Source: Trichoplax sp. H2 (taxonomy: Eukaryota). From it: a stretch of DNA of 64,000 bases. The stretch is taken from positions 434,001-498,000 of the forward strand of contig NOWV01000001.1 in assembly GCA_003344405.1 (NCBI GenBank), in the 5' to 3' direction. The notes beneath the pieces were generated by a model. It was not told the DNA's origin, ran no database searches, and saw only the letters and a program-made list of their open reading frames with translations. This document shows, in pieces, positions 52,713 through 64,000 of the stretch (the first letter of the stretch is position 1; each line of letters opens with the position of its first letter). Made by a program: the position numbers and the translations under genes.

Positions 52713-54244
52713 TTACCACTGTTTTTGAGATACCTTGTGGGCAATAAGATTTAAATCACATTTTTTTAAGGCTTCAATTAATTCGCCCTTCTTTGATGAT
52801 GGCGCTGCATCTAACCACGCATCTCTCCAGGATAGTAACATTGACGTTCTTGCTTCAAGAATATTTCCACGATTATTTTCCTCACAATCAATTATCTGTG
52901 ATTCTGTTAAGTGGAGCCTTCTTCCAAGCATTTTCCATTTCTTACCCAAGTTTTTAGCAACAAACTGAATACAGTTTAACCAGTCTAGATGACAAAATTT
53001 CAGATTAGTTTAATCCAAGGCTTGAAAATTAATTTAAAATTCTTTTGTATTATGTTACATAATTGAGAGCAGAAAGTACTGTACTGTAACGATATGGTGT
53101 CAATTGTATATTGCATATGAAATTGATCGGTCTATGCTGTCAGATTATACATGGTGGTACACAGTAATATTACGCCTTTTAACGACATGAAGTATTTTAT
53201 GAAGACTCGCACAGTAAAATCATACAAAGAGACTCAACCTGATAATGATGCCATGAGGACCAGAGATTTATATACATACGAGTAATGGAATACATAATAT
53301 ACAATATATCATTAGTCAGTATAGTATCACTTGGCGATTTATTCAATATAGCATGTAGTTGACAATAGAATAAATGTCATAGTACGGTAGAAATCCATTG
53401 ATCATTAACATATACAGTATACTGTACTCTTACAGTAATGTAGTAGATACATTTAATAGCGTTAGCAATTTAATATTCTCAATTATCTTGGCTAAAATGC
53501 TTTGGTAGATTCCATGTTTCAATTTAACTTCGTCTGACTCGCAATAAAATAAATGATATAACAATCTAAAATGTCATAGCATATCTTAAGTGTTATAAAT
53601 ATCCCATCGGCATATCAATAAGAGAAACGAACTAGATAAGGGCATACCGTTACTAAGTACCAGTTAAGCCTCTAAATTCTATTTATTTACGATGGTATTT
53701 CCATTTTTGTGAAGGTAGAAACAAGTACTGGAAATGTAAATATTGCTACAAAATACAGTAATTTTATGTAGGATTGATCCGTTATTGGAGTCAATGATAA
53801 TAATATTAATTTTAGGCACTGAGCAACTGTATTGCGCCACTATCGTCAGTGAGCTGGCTAACACTAGTAAATGCATTATACCGTACCGTCTTCATTCCAT
53901 TCATCCTCTTCGGCGATGAGATCGGCTGTCATCTTCTGTTGCTGCCCATCCTTTTGTAGTTGGTAAGCTTTTTCTAATTTTTTTGCTAAGATATTTGCTG
54001 TAGTTTCAATACTTTGCAATGCGTCAATAAAAATACGAAAAATGTTGCTATCTGGGCATTTCATAACAATCGTTAGAATATAAGTATTTTTGTCATTCTG
54101 TGTTGAACATTTTTTCAATTCTTCCAAATCGTCGATAGCTAGTATTCTTTTTTGGATTAATCTATTGCTCATATGTTCTGGTGGCATTGATTTTATTAAT
54201 TCCGTCCATACATCAGTTACTGCGTTCTTTTGATATTTGTCCAT
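52713..54244 (-). CDS. CARD + death domain adaptor (CRADD/RAIDD-like architecture), ~209 aa
   Basis: Exon 54244-53887 (CARD-like: ELIKSM..RLIQKRILAIDDLEELK..TQNDKN..FRIFIDAL) joined in phase 1 to 52984-52713 (death domain: VAKNLGKKWKMLGRRLHLTESQI..MLLSWR..LIEALKKCDLNLIA). Extra small middle exons cannot be excluded. Confidence 0.85.
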
Positions 54245-54929
54245 TGTCGATGTTCGTGTTTTGATAGGTGCTAGCGAGATCACTTTGCTTCGGGTTGTTT
54301 GGTCTGTAGCTATAGGTATACCCGGTATATACCACCTGAACGGTTATGGATAAGTTTTCCACCTTTAATGTATAACCTAATTGTCAAAGTTGTAGCACTA
54401 TATCAATTTTTACGTAATTCTTGATTTAAGGTTAAGGTATAATTGCGCCTGTATATCGCGTCGCTACAATTGCTTGATAAATACAGTACATATCATATAG
54501 GATAAGCGCCAATTTATGTGTCTATACTGTATAGTGTATAGTATGCGCGTACGTACATGGAGATTAATCTGTTAACTTATGAGAGCTTTGTGAAATTGCC
54601 GAAATGTTAATTTTATTAACGTGACTGAATATCATTTGAAATAGCTAACGAGCATTTATTTGATCTAATGATCTTAATTTGGCGCGTTGTGCAATTATAT
54701 TGATTCTCTTGTGTCTGTAATCAGTTTCATAGCAACAGCTGTCTAATAAGTACACATTCATATGTAATCAACTTTGAACAGTCTCTAACCTTACAACGAC
54801 TACAGGGTCTTTGGTATTTTACCTTAGTGGTTTCTCAGCCTGAGTTATGTTGGTGGTTACTGGCGTTTAATGTTGGACAAAATACTTTACCAACTGTTGC
54901 TCTACTCTGATGAGTCTGATTGCGATTGT

Positions 54930-55486
54930 CTGTACCAAAAATGTCTGCATGTCTGTACGTTCTGTTGTACTGTATCTGTAGACTAATACAAATACTTAAT
55001 GCTGAGGTACAGTACAATGGTACAGTACAGTACAGTACAGTGGATTACTACTGTAAATGTATGTACTGTACACTGAAAGGTTCATCTGTGAGTTGCATCA
55101 TAAAACACCAATCAGACGGACTTCGGAGTGACACTTAAACAGAAAAGACTGGACAGCGGGACAGTGTACAAAAAATGTCTGCATGTCTGTACGTTCTGTT
55201 GTACAGTAGACTAATACAAATACAGTACTTAATGCTGAGGTACAATGGTACAACAGTACAGTACAGTACTGTACACTGTACAGTACAGTGTACACTATAC
55301 ACTCACTCTACTAGAGTGTACAGTACAGTATAGTGGACTACTACTGTAAATGTATGTACTGTACACTGTAGACTGACCATGCCTGTTACTTTATTACTGT
55401 TCAAAGGTTCATCTATGAGTTTCATCGTAAAACACCAATCGGACGGACTTCGGAACGACACTTAAACAGACGAGACGGGACAGTGC
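54930..55486. repeat. Two-copy tandem duplication containing expanded (CAGTA)n tracts
   Basis: aaaaatgtctgcatgtctgtacgttctgttgtac at ~54937 and ~55171. aaaggttcatct..aaaacaccaatc.gacggacttcgga..gacacttaaacaga at ~55076 and ~55403. Confidence 0.9.
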
Positions 55487-56370
55487 ACCTATTGACTACC
55501 AGTACTAGTCACTTACTAACAGTCACCAGGAGTACTGAATGAGTGAACGAGCGACGAAATCATGACGTCAATTCTAAATTTAAAATGGAAATCTGATGAT
55601 GGATGAAAATAGAATGGTTGTATTCATCAATCAGTTCAAAAATAAGAAATAAGGAATGAGGCAAAGATAAACAACCTTAGTATATTTTCCGAAGAGATGG
55701 GAATAAAATGTCATTACTTGCACTTGGTACCTCGTCGATGGGGATACTGTACTGTACTGCTGTCATGGAACAGGATGGAATAAATTAATTTAATTAATGA
55801 ATTTGTGAACCGCTAGATTTTACTGTTGTACACTATGTTGGTGACACAAGCGCCAGGTATTGTTTCAGTACTGTTACTCTCATACTGTAAGTGATCGATA
55901 TTGTAGAGTCTGTGCGTGTGCCCGCAGCGTTGACCCCTGCGATTCACGCGATACCGATGGTACGGTAATACTGTAGGACTATACAGTACTGTATATTAAA
56001 GTGGTACTGTCTGACAATATTCAGCATAGCGATATAGCAAGTTGACGTTGAATTCTTGGCTAGTTTAGGCAAAACTGGAGAGGTAATCGGTAGCATAGAA
56101 TTAGAATTATTATTGACAAGTAGTGTTGCTGTACTTACTAGTCAAGTGTAATCGGACTTGAGTGGAGTCAAGATTGCTGTAATAGTACTGGATATTTCTC
56201 TGAAGTGGAGAGAAAGCTAGACGTTATCACATCTTATGTCAGTTCTCGTCTTGGTAAAATAGGCGGATAGTGCTTTTGCCAACGACCATTTTACTTTTCC
56301 CCCCATTGTAAGCAAGTTTATTTTGGCTGATTTACACAGTGATTACTAAAATCTTGAATTCATTTCAACG

Positions 56371-57210
56371 ATGTCGAGGAGCGGTTTTGGACGTGGCTTT
56401 GATGGTAGTGTCGGTATGGCCGATATTGGTAGCGATGCCAATGTTAACACTATTACCAGGAATGTTCAGAAAATCAATCAGAACATGTCCGCAATCGAGA
56501 AAATGTTATCCAAAATTGGCACATCTCAAGATGGACAGCGCTTTCGCGATAATATGGAAAAACTGGAAAGAGATAGTAGTGACTTAATTAAAGAGACCAA
56601 TAAAAGTTTAAGACAACTCAATGCTTCAGCTGCCTATGATAGTGACCGGATGAAGAAGGCCCAAGTAGATCGATTAAGCAGCGAATTTGCTCAATCTTTG
56701 ACCAACTACCAAAAGATAGCCAAAAGAATAGCAGAAGCACAACGTGAAAATGTTGAAAAGATCAGGGCCAGTAGTTTTGGACAGAGTACAGAGCCATTAA
56801 TTGATACCGGCGCCAACCAGCCCTATACGGAATATGCACCTTCTGGAAATTATCCTGGTAATTCATCATTTCAAATGCAGGCTGAAGATGCTGTCGATTT
56901 AGAAATGATTGAAGAACGTGAAAAATCCATTAAGCAGTTAGAAAGTGATATTGTTGATGTCAATGAAATTTTTAAAGATTTAGCTACCATGGTACACGAT
57001 CAAGGGGAGGTAATTGATTCTATCGAAGCTAACGTTGAAAGCGCTGGAATGAATGTTACCGAGGCTAACACACAATTACAAGCTGCTGTTAAGTATCAAA
57101 AGAAATCACGAAAGAAGTTGATTTGTATCGTAGTCTTATTGCTTATTGTTGCCGCAATAGTTGGTATTATCATTTGGCAAACGGCACCTAAGCCAAAGAC
57201 CAAGCCTTGA
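56371..57210 (+). CDS. Syntaxin-7/12-like endosomal Qa-SNARE, single coding exon, 279 aa
   Basis: Habc region (IGTSQDGQRFR, RLSSEFAQSLTNYQ), SNARE motif EEREKSIKQLESDIVDVNEIFKDLATMVHDQGEVIDSIEANVE, YQKKSRKK and a C-terminal TM helix. Confidence 0.95.
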   Translation: MSRSGFGRGFDGSVGMADIGSDANVNTITRNVQKINQNMSAIEKMLSKIGTSQDGQRFRDNMEKLERDSSDLIKETNKSLRQLNASAAYDSDRMKKAQVDRLSSEFAQSLTNYQKIAKRIAEAQRENVEKIRASSFGQSTEPLIDTGANQPYTEYAPSGNYPGNSSFQMQAEDAVDLEMIEEREKSIKQLESDIVDVNEIFKDLATMVHDQGEVIDSIEANVESAGMNVTEANTQLQAAVKYQKKSRKKLICIVVLLLIVAAIVGIIIWQTAPKPKTKP

Positions 57211-59130
57211 AGATGCACTTATTTTCATTTTCATGCCCGGGTAATTTGGGCCAGCAAATTATAATTCATGGTTAATTTTCATGTGCACAATAGAGAGATT
57301 TATCTTACTTTAAACATTGTACAGTCAGTATATTAAGAAGAAACGCAATTATGATGTAGTAGTTAGGCTTGGGATCTAAATTGCCGAGTGTGTGCTGTAA
57401 TATACATTTATATATAAAATCACGGCGCTACAGTAATAGGAGCACAAACCAATATATATCGATACGAGTATGTATTTGCGTGTTTACATAGATTACAATA
57501 GTAAGATTTACGTAAATTTTATAGTAATTTAATGCTGACCAATCAACTAAGTCACGTATATTAGCTGTAGTAACTGATTGATAGCCTTGGTGTAGTTAAA
57601 TTTATTCATTAAAACTATGCTGTACATAAGTTGTAGGAATTATATCTTCCGTTATAATCCAGTATTCACAATTGCTGTTTGTTGGCGTTAATGGTGATAG
57701 TTTTATTACTTGATATTGCATTAAAATTAAAATTAACCACATTTTTGCTGCTGTAAAGCGCAAATATTAATTATTTTGCTGTCCAGATATCTGATTCTAC
57801 TTCCTTGTAACATTCTAGCCACTTATATTATTAAAAATATAAATTAAATTGGAGATATAAGACTTTTTATGATAAGTCATGGACGATTAAGGTACAATCA
57901 TACGTTTAGTAAACATAATATTGTACTATATGTCGAATATAACGTTAGCATTAGACAGCTTTACTGTTGAGCGCTTGAGTCAAAAGCGAATTTTTTACAC
58001 GAATCCGATTTGAGTGATCGTTAACATCGTTATTGCACTTGCATGTAGCCTTTTCTTTAACATTGTTTTGAGGTAGGTAGGTAGGTGGGTATGGTAAACG
58101 TGGATACGTGATTCTATTACTACCGTACAGCACAATGCTAAGCCATTTTGCATTTGAAATCATTACTGAGGCCAAAATAGGATTGACGCCCGCAAATAGT
58201 ACTAAATACAGTGGGGAAGAAAATATTATGGTATAATGTTGTAGTTCAAGGTACCGAATCATTCAAATGATTTACGCAAGATTAGAAAAGGAAAATCATT
58301 TCTGTTAGCTACACAATATTCTAATAGTACTTTATAATCGCTGAGTCAATCAAATACCACAAATTACGGATCGATGATAGTTGCAATATGAGAGAAAAAG
58401 TCAGTTATTGGATTATTCATCTACATTTTATTCTCTGAAAGTGCTCAACTGTTTTAGCAATATCTATAAATTTGTGTATTAGAACGTCACTACTTAAGCA
58501 TACAGAATAGAACTATCTCAGTTTTTTTAGCTGTAATTTCTCGAAAGCATTGCATTACTCCGCTTTCAAACTACTACAGTAAAAAAGCAGCGTAACCAGA
58601 CATTCCGGTTATATCAAAATCATCTTCGCATAACACGAAGAGTTATGACTAACACTGCTAAATGCAATAAGGCGTCAAGTTATGAATATAAAACGATCCA
58701 TTACATCACATTTTTGGCACCATATTGCCAAGTAAGCAGTTTTAATTAACATTATTTAATGAATATTATTAGCATGTAGATAAATGAATTGTTTTAACAG
58801 CTCATATGCTTTTTCCTTATTAATAGATGTAATACTAAACAAAGTTCAAGATCTAGCCAGGTATAGTTATGCAAGCATGAAGAGCAAGATAGAAAGTTAG
58901 TAGAGTTTACAAAAGTTCTATACTCTATACTAAAAAACTGTCATGAATATAACTTATTTGACGCTACTGAGACATATAATTTCTCCGTTCGTAATTTAAT
59001 ATTATTTCAGATCTTTGTTGCATAATTTACATGTTGAAAAATGAATAGCAACGTTAGCTTCAAGCAATTTTAGACTAGGTTTTCAAACTTTGGAGGCTTT
59101 TTCTTAATCTTATTTCCAACAGCAGATTTG

Positions 59131-61887
59131 CTAAGCAGGTAGTTTATTTCCCATACCAGACTTGCTAACCTGTTGGCATATTAGGGTAATATCAATTTAA
59201 TATATCAACACTCCAATGCAACATTATACTACCAGCGGTAAGTGAAATGGATTTTACAAACGAGTACAAACATACAGACCTGAATGATACCAATGATTAC
59301 ACCAAACAGTCCAATAGCACTACCAAAAATTTCCACGATAAGTACCTGTTACATTTGTGTATAAATATCGTGAGTACTACGACACACGGATTATGCTATG
59401 TATAAATCGTGTATCAAACCTTGACGAAAAGGGACGCGTTCTGAGCATCAGCTAAGGCAGCACCGCTAATAAGAAAATTTATGAATAATTAGGTACATAG
59501 CTATTAAAAGCTTATTACAATGTCATTATGTCCTACTTTGATAAGTAAATTAATAATACAGTGATTATTAACTGACCTTCCTACGATACCGACACAAATA
59601 CCACAGGCTAAATTCGATAATCCAACCGTTAAACCAGCAGCAAATATGGAGTAGCCTAATAAAGTAAATGCTTAGTTACGATAGTATAAGAAAGCACTAA
59701 AAATTATTTCAAGCCAAATTCACGTTCGAATTTTGCTAGTCCTCCATTGTAATAACGTGCTTACCTCCAAAATAATTTTGCCTTAAGATAGCACTTGAAC
59801 CTGTAGTATCATAGGGCTATATAGGGGTGCGAAAAAATGTGCATTGAGTAAATTATGATATAATTGTCAGAAACAAGTCAACTTAGTTAAACGAAATAGC
59901 TTACAGCGATATTATTGCTCAAGACGATAGCCATAATGATTCCGTAAATGGCAACAGCTTCACAGAAGATGATACTACAAATATATAAGTGTTTTGCCAA
60001 ATTACACATTCTATCCTGTGATGGATGATTTGAGAAAGTATATGTCTTGTTGGATCTTATAAGTTGCATAATACATAAATACTTACCTGACAAGATTCTT
60101 AGTCTTGATACGAGGAGCTTTGACACCGCCACCTACGATCGAAGAACCTGTTGCAAAGATACCCCTATGGTAACATGGAAAGGTGATAACCTATGTTAGA
60201 TACTCCCATATTCGAACTAGCCGTAACATATAGTAGCTTCAAATTAATATGAAAAACTGTATTGGAAGTTGACAGAATTTTAACGTGGCAAATCTTGATT
60301 ATCAACTTTCAGTTATGTACTTCATACGAGGAGGGTGAGCACTAAATAAAGTTTTTCTACTTATTAACTATGGTTAGTAAATAGCACAGGCCTAGCATAT
60401 CGAAGTACGAGTTTTTTAATTCTAATTCTACAGTATACTGATAGTAAGACTCATCGATAAATTCTATAGTTAAAAGAAAGAAAGCTAACATAGTACATTT
60501 CAAATAGCAGTGTTTTAATGCAGAAAAGTAACGGTAGATAATTAACTAATAAAGAATACAAGATGATGCAACCTACCATGCAGCGCCAACAACAGATAAT
60601 GAGATGGCAAGACCAATCCCAAGATCAGCCCACATAAATGGTGAAGTAGATTCAAAAAACCTAGAAGTAGATGGCCAGAAAAAGTTCTGTGAATTTATTG
60701 ATATTAAGCGCATTTTTGAATTCTTAATAGTTGGTGCATTTCAAAAAAATATTTCATATCCCCTTAATTTACGCCAATTTATAAGTATCATTAAGCTTCA
60801 GAACGTCAGAAGAAGTCATCAAAATAGAAGTTATCGTAAATATTAATAAGTGCCGTCCTGTCTTCAAATGGTTTTAAAAGTTACAAAGATTGAGTAAAAG
60901 CTGTGCATTAGTAATTTATCTGAGGGGATAGAATGGGATTATCATGGTAGAAACTTTGCTACACTATTGATAGAACTATTTTGAATGGTATAGTGAATAT
61001 ATACTACAAATACTGTTGAGTACTTTAGTTGTAGCGGCAGGTCATCCGTATGTACGAGTACTACAGTATACTATATTACACTGGTATTATAATTTCAGTC
61101 TCTTTATAAAATAGTAATTGAGATCTTTTGGATATAAGATTACATAGAACTTTCTAAAATTACAAATACAGTCGATCAATTTATCTTGCCAGTTAATTCG
61201 TCTATGCGTATGTAAGTCTGTGATGTCAACATATGTTATCCGCTAGCTCGTATGATGGCGGCGTGGTTGTTCTAATCGATATACGCTGCTACCACTGTAA
61301 TCAATCGTATAACGGAAGCCAACATTCATCGATAATTATTACGATATTGGACTAAGAGGGAAATCATTTTATAAATGATTTACTCCATGCCAAATTCTAT
61401 GTGTATAAGCATATGTTATCGAAGAATCGAGTCGGTATAGAATAACTTCCAAGTGAATTATCAGTTTTGGAAACATGGTCAAGCTTGGGCGACGTACTGC
61501 AATAGCGACTGCAAAAGTAATCAGTTCCCTTGTACTTACCATCCTATATCAAAACGGTAGCCAAGACCAGATAGAATGTAGTATAACCCTATTTATATTC
61601 ATAACGATAGAAAATAGTTACTTTATTCCATCAAGATACAGAAGCAAGAAAAGCATTACGGTTGATGACATTAGAAATATGCGAGTGCCATATTGGTTGC
61701 AAATACAATATACATGGTATTACTATAGCAAGAAGCGTCTTTCAAGGTGGTTATTTTATGGACATATTCATACTTTAATCGTCATTTTCTACAAGTTAAG
61801 ATAGGTTAGTTACTTACCAACTATTAAAATTGCCAGATAGAAGATAATGTAAAGCACAAAATGATATTTATTCGTGTAATAGGCCAT
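59131..61887 (-). CDS. ATP6V0B: V-ATPase V0 21-kDa proteolipid subunit c'', 210 aa
   Basis: Exons 61887-61818, 61588-61540, 60660-60577, 60164-60087, 59974-59905, 59816-59765, 59655-59577, 59465-59420, 59345-59280, 59169-59131. [52 protein letters not shown]. Confidence 0.97.
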
Positions 61888-62084
61888 TTTATTTCACGAT
61901 ACGCTTACTACAACTACCGATCCAAAGACTTGTTTTACGACGGCAAGCCCTTCCTTTCATCGAGTGATACACTACAATTTTTATGTCTCGGTAGACTTGT
62001 ACAATACTTTACCGTAGCGCATACACATCCTTTCCATCCGCGTGTCTGTCGCTCGGTTGATAATATAATATCATATCCTACAGT

Positions 62085-62710
62085 AGACTTTTCAGTACAG
62101 TACTGCATCTCTAATGCAATACTGTACAGTACAACCAGACGGAGATGTCACGCACGTATGACTTCACTCCACAGCAAAGGGTACAGTACTATCATACTGT
62201 ACAGTACAGTACCATGATGCTTGGACAGTACTGTACACTGTACAGTACTGTACTGTACTGTATGTCTGGGGGGATCTTGAATCTTGATTCATAAAATGTG
62301 AGAGTCACATGATAGAAACGCTTCATTGTACCAAGCATATGCGCCTATTGTATCGTACAGTACAGTACAGTACTGTACTGTACTGTACTGTCGAGTGTAG
62401 TACTGTACACTGTACACTGTACGGTACCGTATGTAGTACCTGTCTGTTCGGCGCGGACAGGTCCGCAATCTCCGCCATCCGTGCTCATCTCTCATCACTC
62501 TGCTACGGTTTTTGCCTTTTTTTGGGTACAGTATTATTTTTATTTCTATGGCAGGGGACTTGCACGTGATAGCAGCAAATCCTTTGAAAAAACTAGGCTA
62601 CTACTAGGCATACTACAACAACGATAAACTATACAATGTACTCTCAGCAGGGTACAATCATGTGACAATGACAGCGTATAGAAGTCTGTACAGTACAGTA
62701 CAGTACGGAT
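62085..62710. repeat. (CAGTA)n/(TACTG)n low-complexity palindromic arrays in a divergent promoter
   Basis: Includes the perfect 34-bp palindrome gtacagtacagtacagtactgtactgtactgtac at 62355-62388. Confidence 0.85.
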
Positions 62711-63306
62711 GGTATCACTGATACTGCACATACCGTTAGCTAGTTATTAATTAATGTACTGGGCTGTACTGTCAACTTAACTGATGTTATCCACGCTAAT
62801 CATAGTAATTACCCGATTTAATTATACAGTATAGTATTTGTTTGCTAATAATTATACAGTAGGTTACAGTTAAATACTTTAATTTACTGTTAGTTTTATT
62901 TTGTCAATCGAAACTGTTTGCTATATACTGTGCGGTACTGCCAGCAAGTAATAGCTTGAACACTGTGGAGATACATCGGTATTGAGATTCTGGTATAGGA
63001 ATAACAATTATATCTGAACTAGTTATAGTTAAGTAGGCGTCAGTCAATTAATCGTTGACGTAGTTGTTAACGTTTAAAAAAAAAAAAAAAATCATTGACC
63101 GTAACACGCTTGTACTAGTGTATAATAGAATAATACAGAACTAAGTAGACGAATCATTCCCATTCTAGAACACACTATATCATACAGTGCTTTGCAGCTA
63201 GAAAATATTGTTAATTGCAAATATCTACTAGTAGTTATCGACTTAAAAGCGTTTTGTAAAGCGAGCTACATCTACAGTACAGTACACAGTTATTTTAAAA
63301 ATCATC

Positions 63307-63522
63307 ATGGCTGAAGAAGTCTCTGCAAAACCCAAGTCTTCCTATAGCAGCTATACTGCTTTCTTCTTTTTAGTCAATTATATCCTTGGTACTGGATTTC
63401 TTGGCATCCCGTATGTTATGTACCACAGTGGGATAATTTCTTGCACATTTACGTTGATGGTAATAACCGTCTTTAACTGCTTCGGAGCTCTGTGGATAAT
63501 CGAAAGTATGGCTAGAGCTTAT
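63307..63522 (+). CDS. First coding exon of an amino-acid transporter family protein (TMEM104/SLC38-like); gene continues beyond the window
   Basis: YSSYTAFFFLVNYILGTGFLGIPYVMYHSGII..WIIESMARAY followed by a GTAAGT donor at 63523. N..(I/L)G(T/A)G.L..P is the Aa_trans TM1 signature. Confidence 0.8.
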
Positions 63523-63583
63523 GTAAGTCTTGTCAATATAGACTACTTTATATGTATCGGATGAAATTAGCATTACGCCTTAC

Positions 63584-63707
63584 GTATTCGCAGGTGGTAC
63601 TACAAATTGATTAGCGATGATGATTGAGGTATATGTGTATGCTATTAGTATTCGCAAGTGGTACTATAAATTTATTAGCGATGATGATTGAGGTATATGT
63701 GTATGCT
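63584..63707. repeat. 64-bp tandem duplication (2 copies)
   Basis: gtattcgca.gtggtacta.aaatt.attagcgatgatgattgaggtatatgtgtatgct occurs twice. Confidence 0.9.
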
Positions 63708-63805
63708 TTTAGCTAACAGCAATAAGGATCACATATTATGATTTTAACATGATTCATACGCTTAGATAAATCTTTTCCATTGAATTTACTTCTAAGCGAA
63801 TAAGA

Positions 63806-64000
63806 TATGAGCGTATTGTAGAGCTCACATAATATTGAAAACATCAAGGAGTAAATCAGAGAGTGATTACAGCTTGCATAGAGGAGTCTTTATTCTAATT
63901 TTAACCTATTATGAGCGTATTGTAGAGCTCACATAACATTGAAAATATCAAGGAGTAAATCAGAGCGTGATAACAGCTTGCATACAGGAGTCTTTATTCT
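63806..64000. repeat. 104-bp tandem repeat (at least 2 copies, runs off the window)
   Basis: tatgagcgtattgtagagctcacataa.attgaaaa.atcaaggagtaaatcagag at 63806 and 63910. Confidence 0.9.

Noticed and set aside
56339..56587. 82-aa overlapping ORF
   Set aside because: Alternative frame over the syntaxin CDS with a GTG start.
62289..62731. YSTV/VLYC-rich ORFs here and at 42714-42908 and 54835-55295
   Set aside because: Translations of the (CAGTA)n arrays.

Overview
AT-rich, intron-containing eukaryotic DNA from a compact animal genome. Gene content and short GT-AG introns suggest an early-branching metazoan, possibly a placozoan (inference). By hand splicing I could rebuild: a 10-exon tandem calponin-homology (CH1-CH2) + coiled-coil + Ser/Pro-rich protein (-), a 7-exon DHHC palmitoyltransferase (+), an intronless FoxQ2-like forkhead gene (+), ISCA1 (-), a PAP2-family lipid phosphate phosphatase (+), PET100 (-), a CARD+death-domain adaptor (CRADD/RAIDD-like, -), an intronless syntaxin-7/12 (+), ATP6V0B (-), the first exon of a TMEM104-like transporter (+), and a fragment of a Pro-rich PPxY protein at the left edge. 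PET100, the DHHC catalytic exons and the CH exons are absent from the ORF track. Non-coding structure includes a 111-bp satellite whose internal 10-bp stem shows compensatory changes, a 40-bp minisatellite, tandem duplications of intron/exon junctions in two genes, and (CAGTA)n/(TACTG)n palindromic arrays concentrated at divergent housekeeping promoters. No rRNA, tRNA, CRISPR array or intact transposase was recognised. All coordinates were counted by eye.
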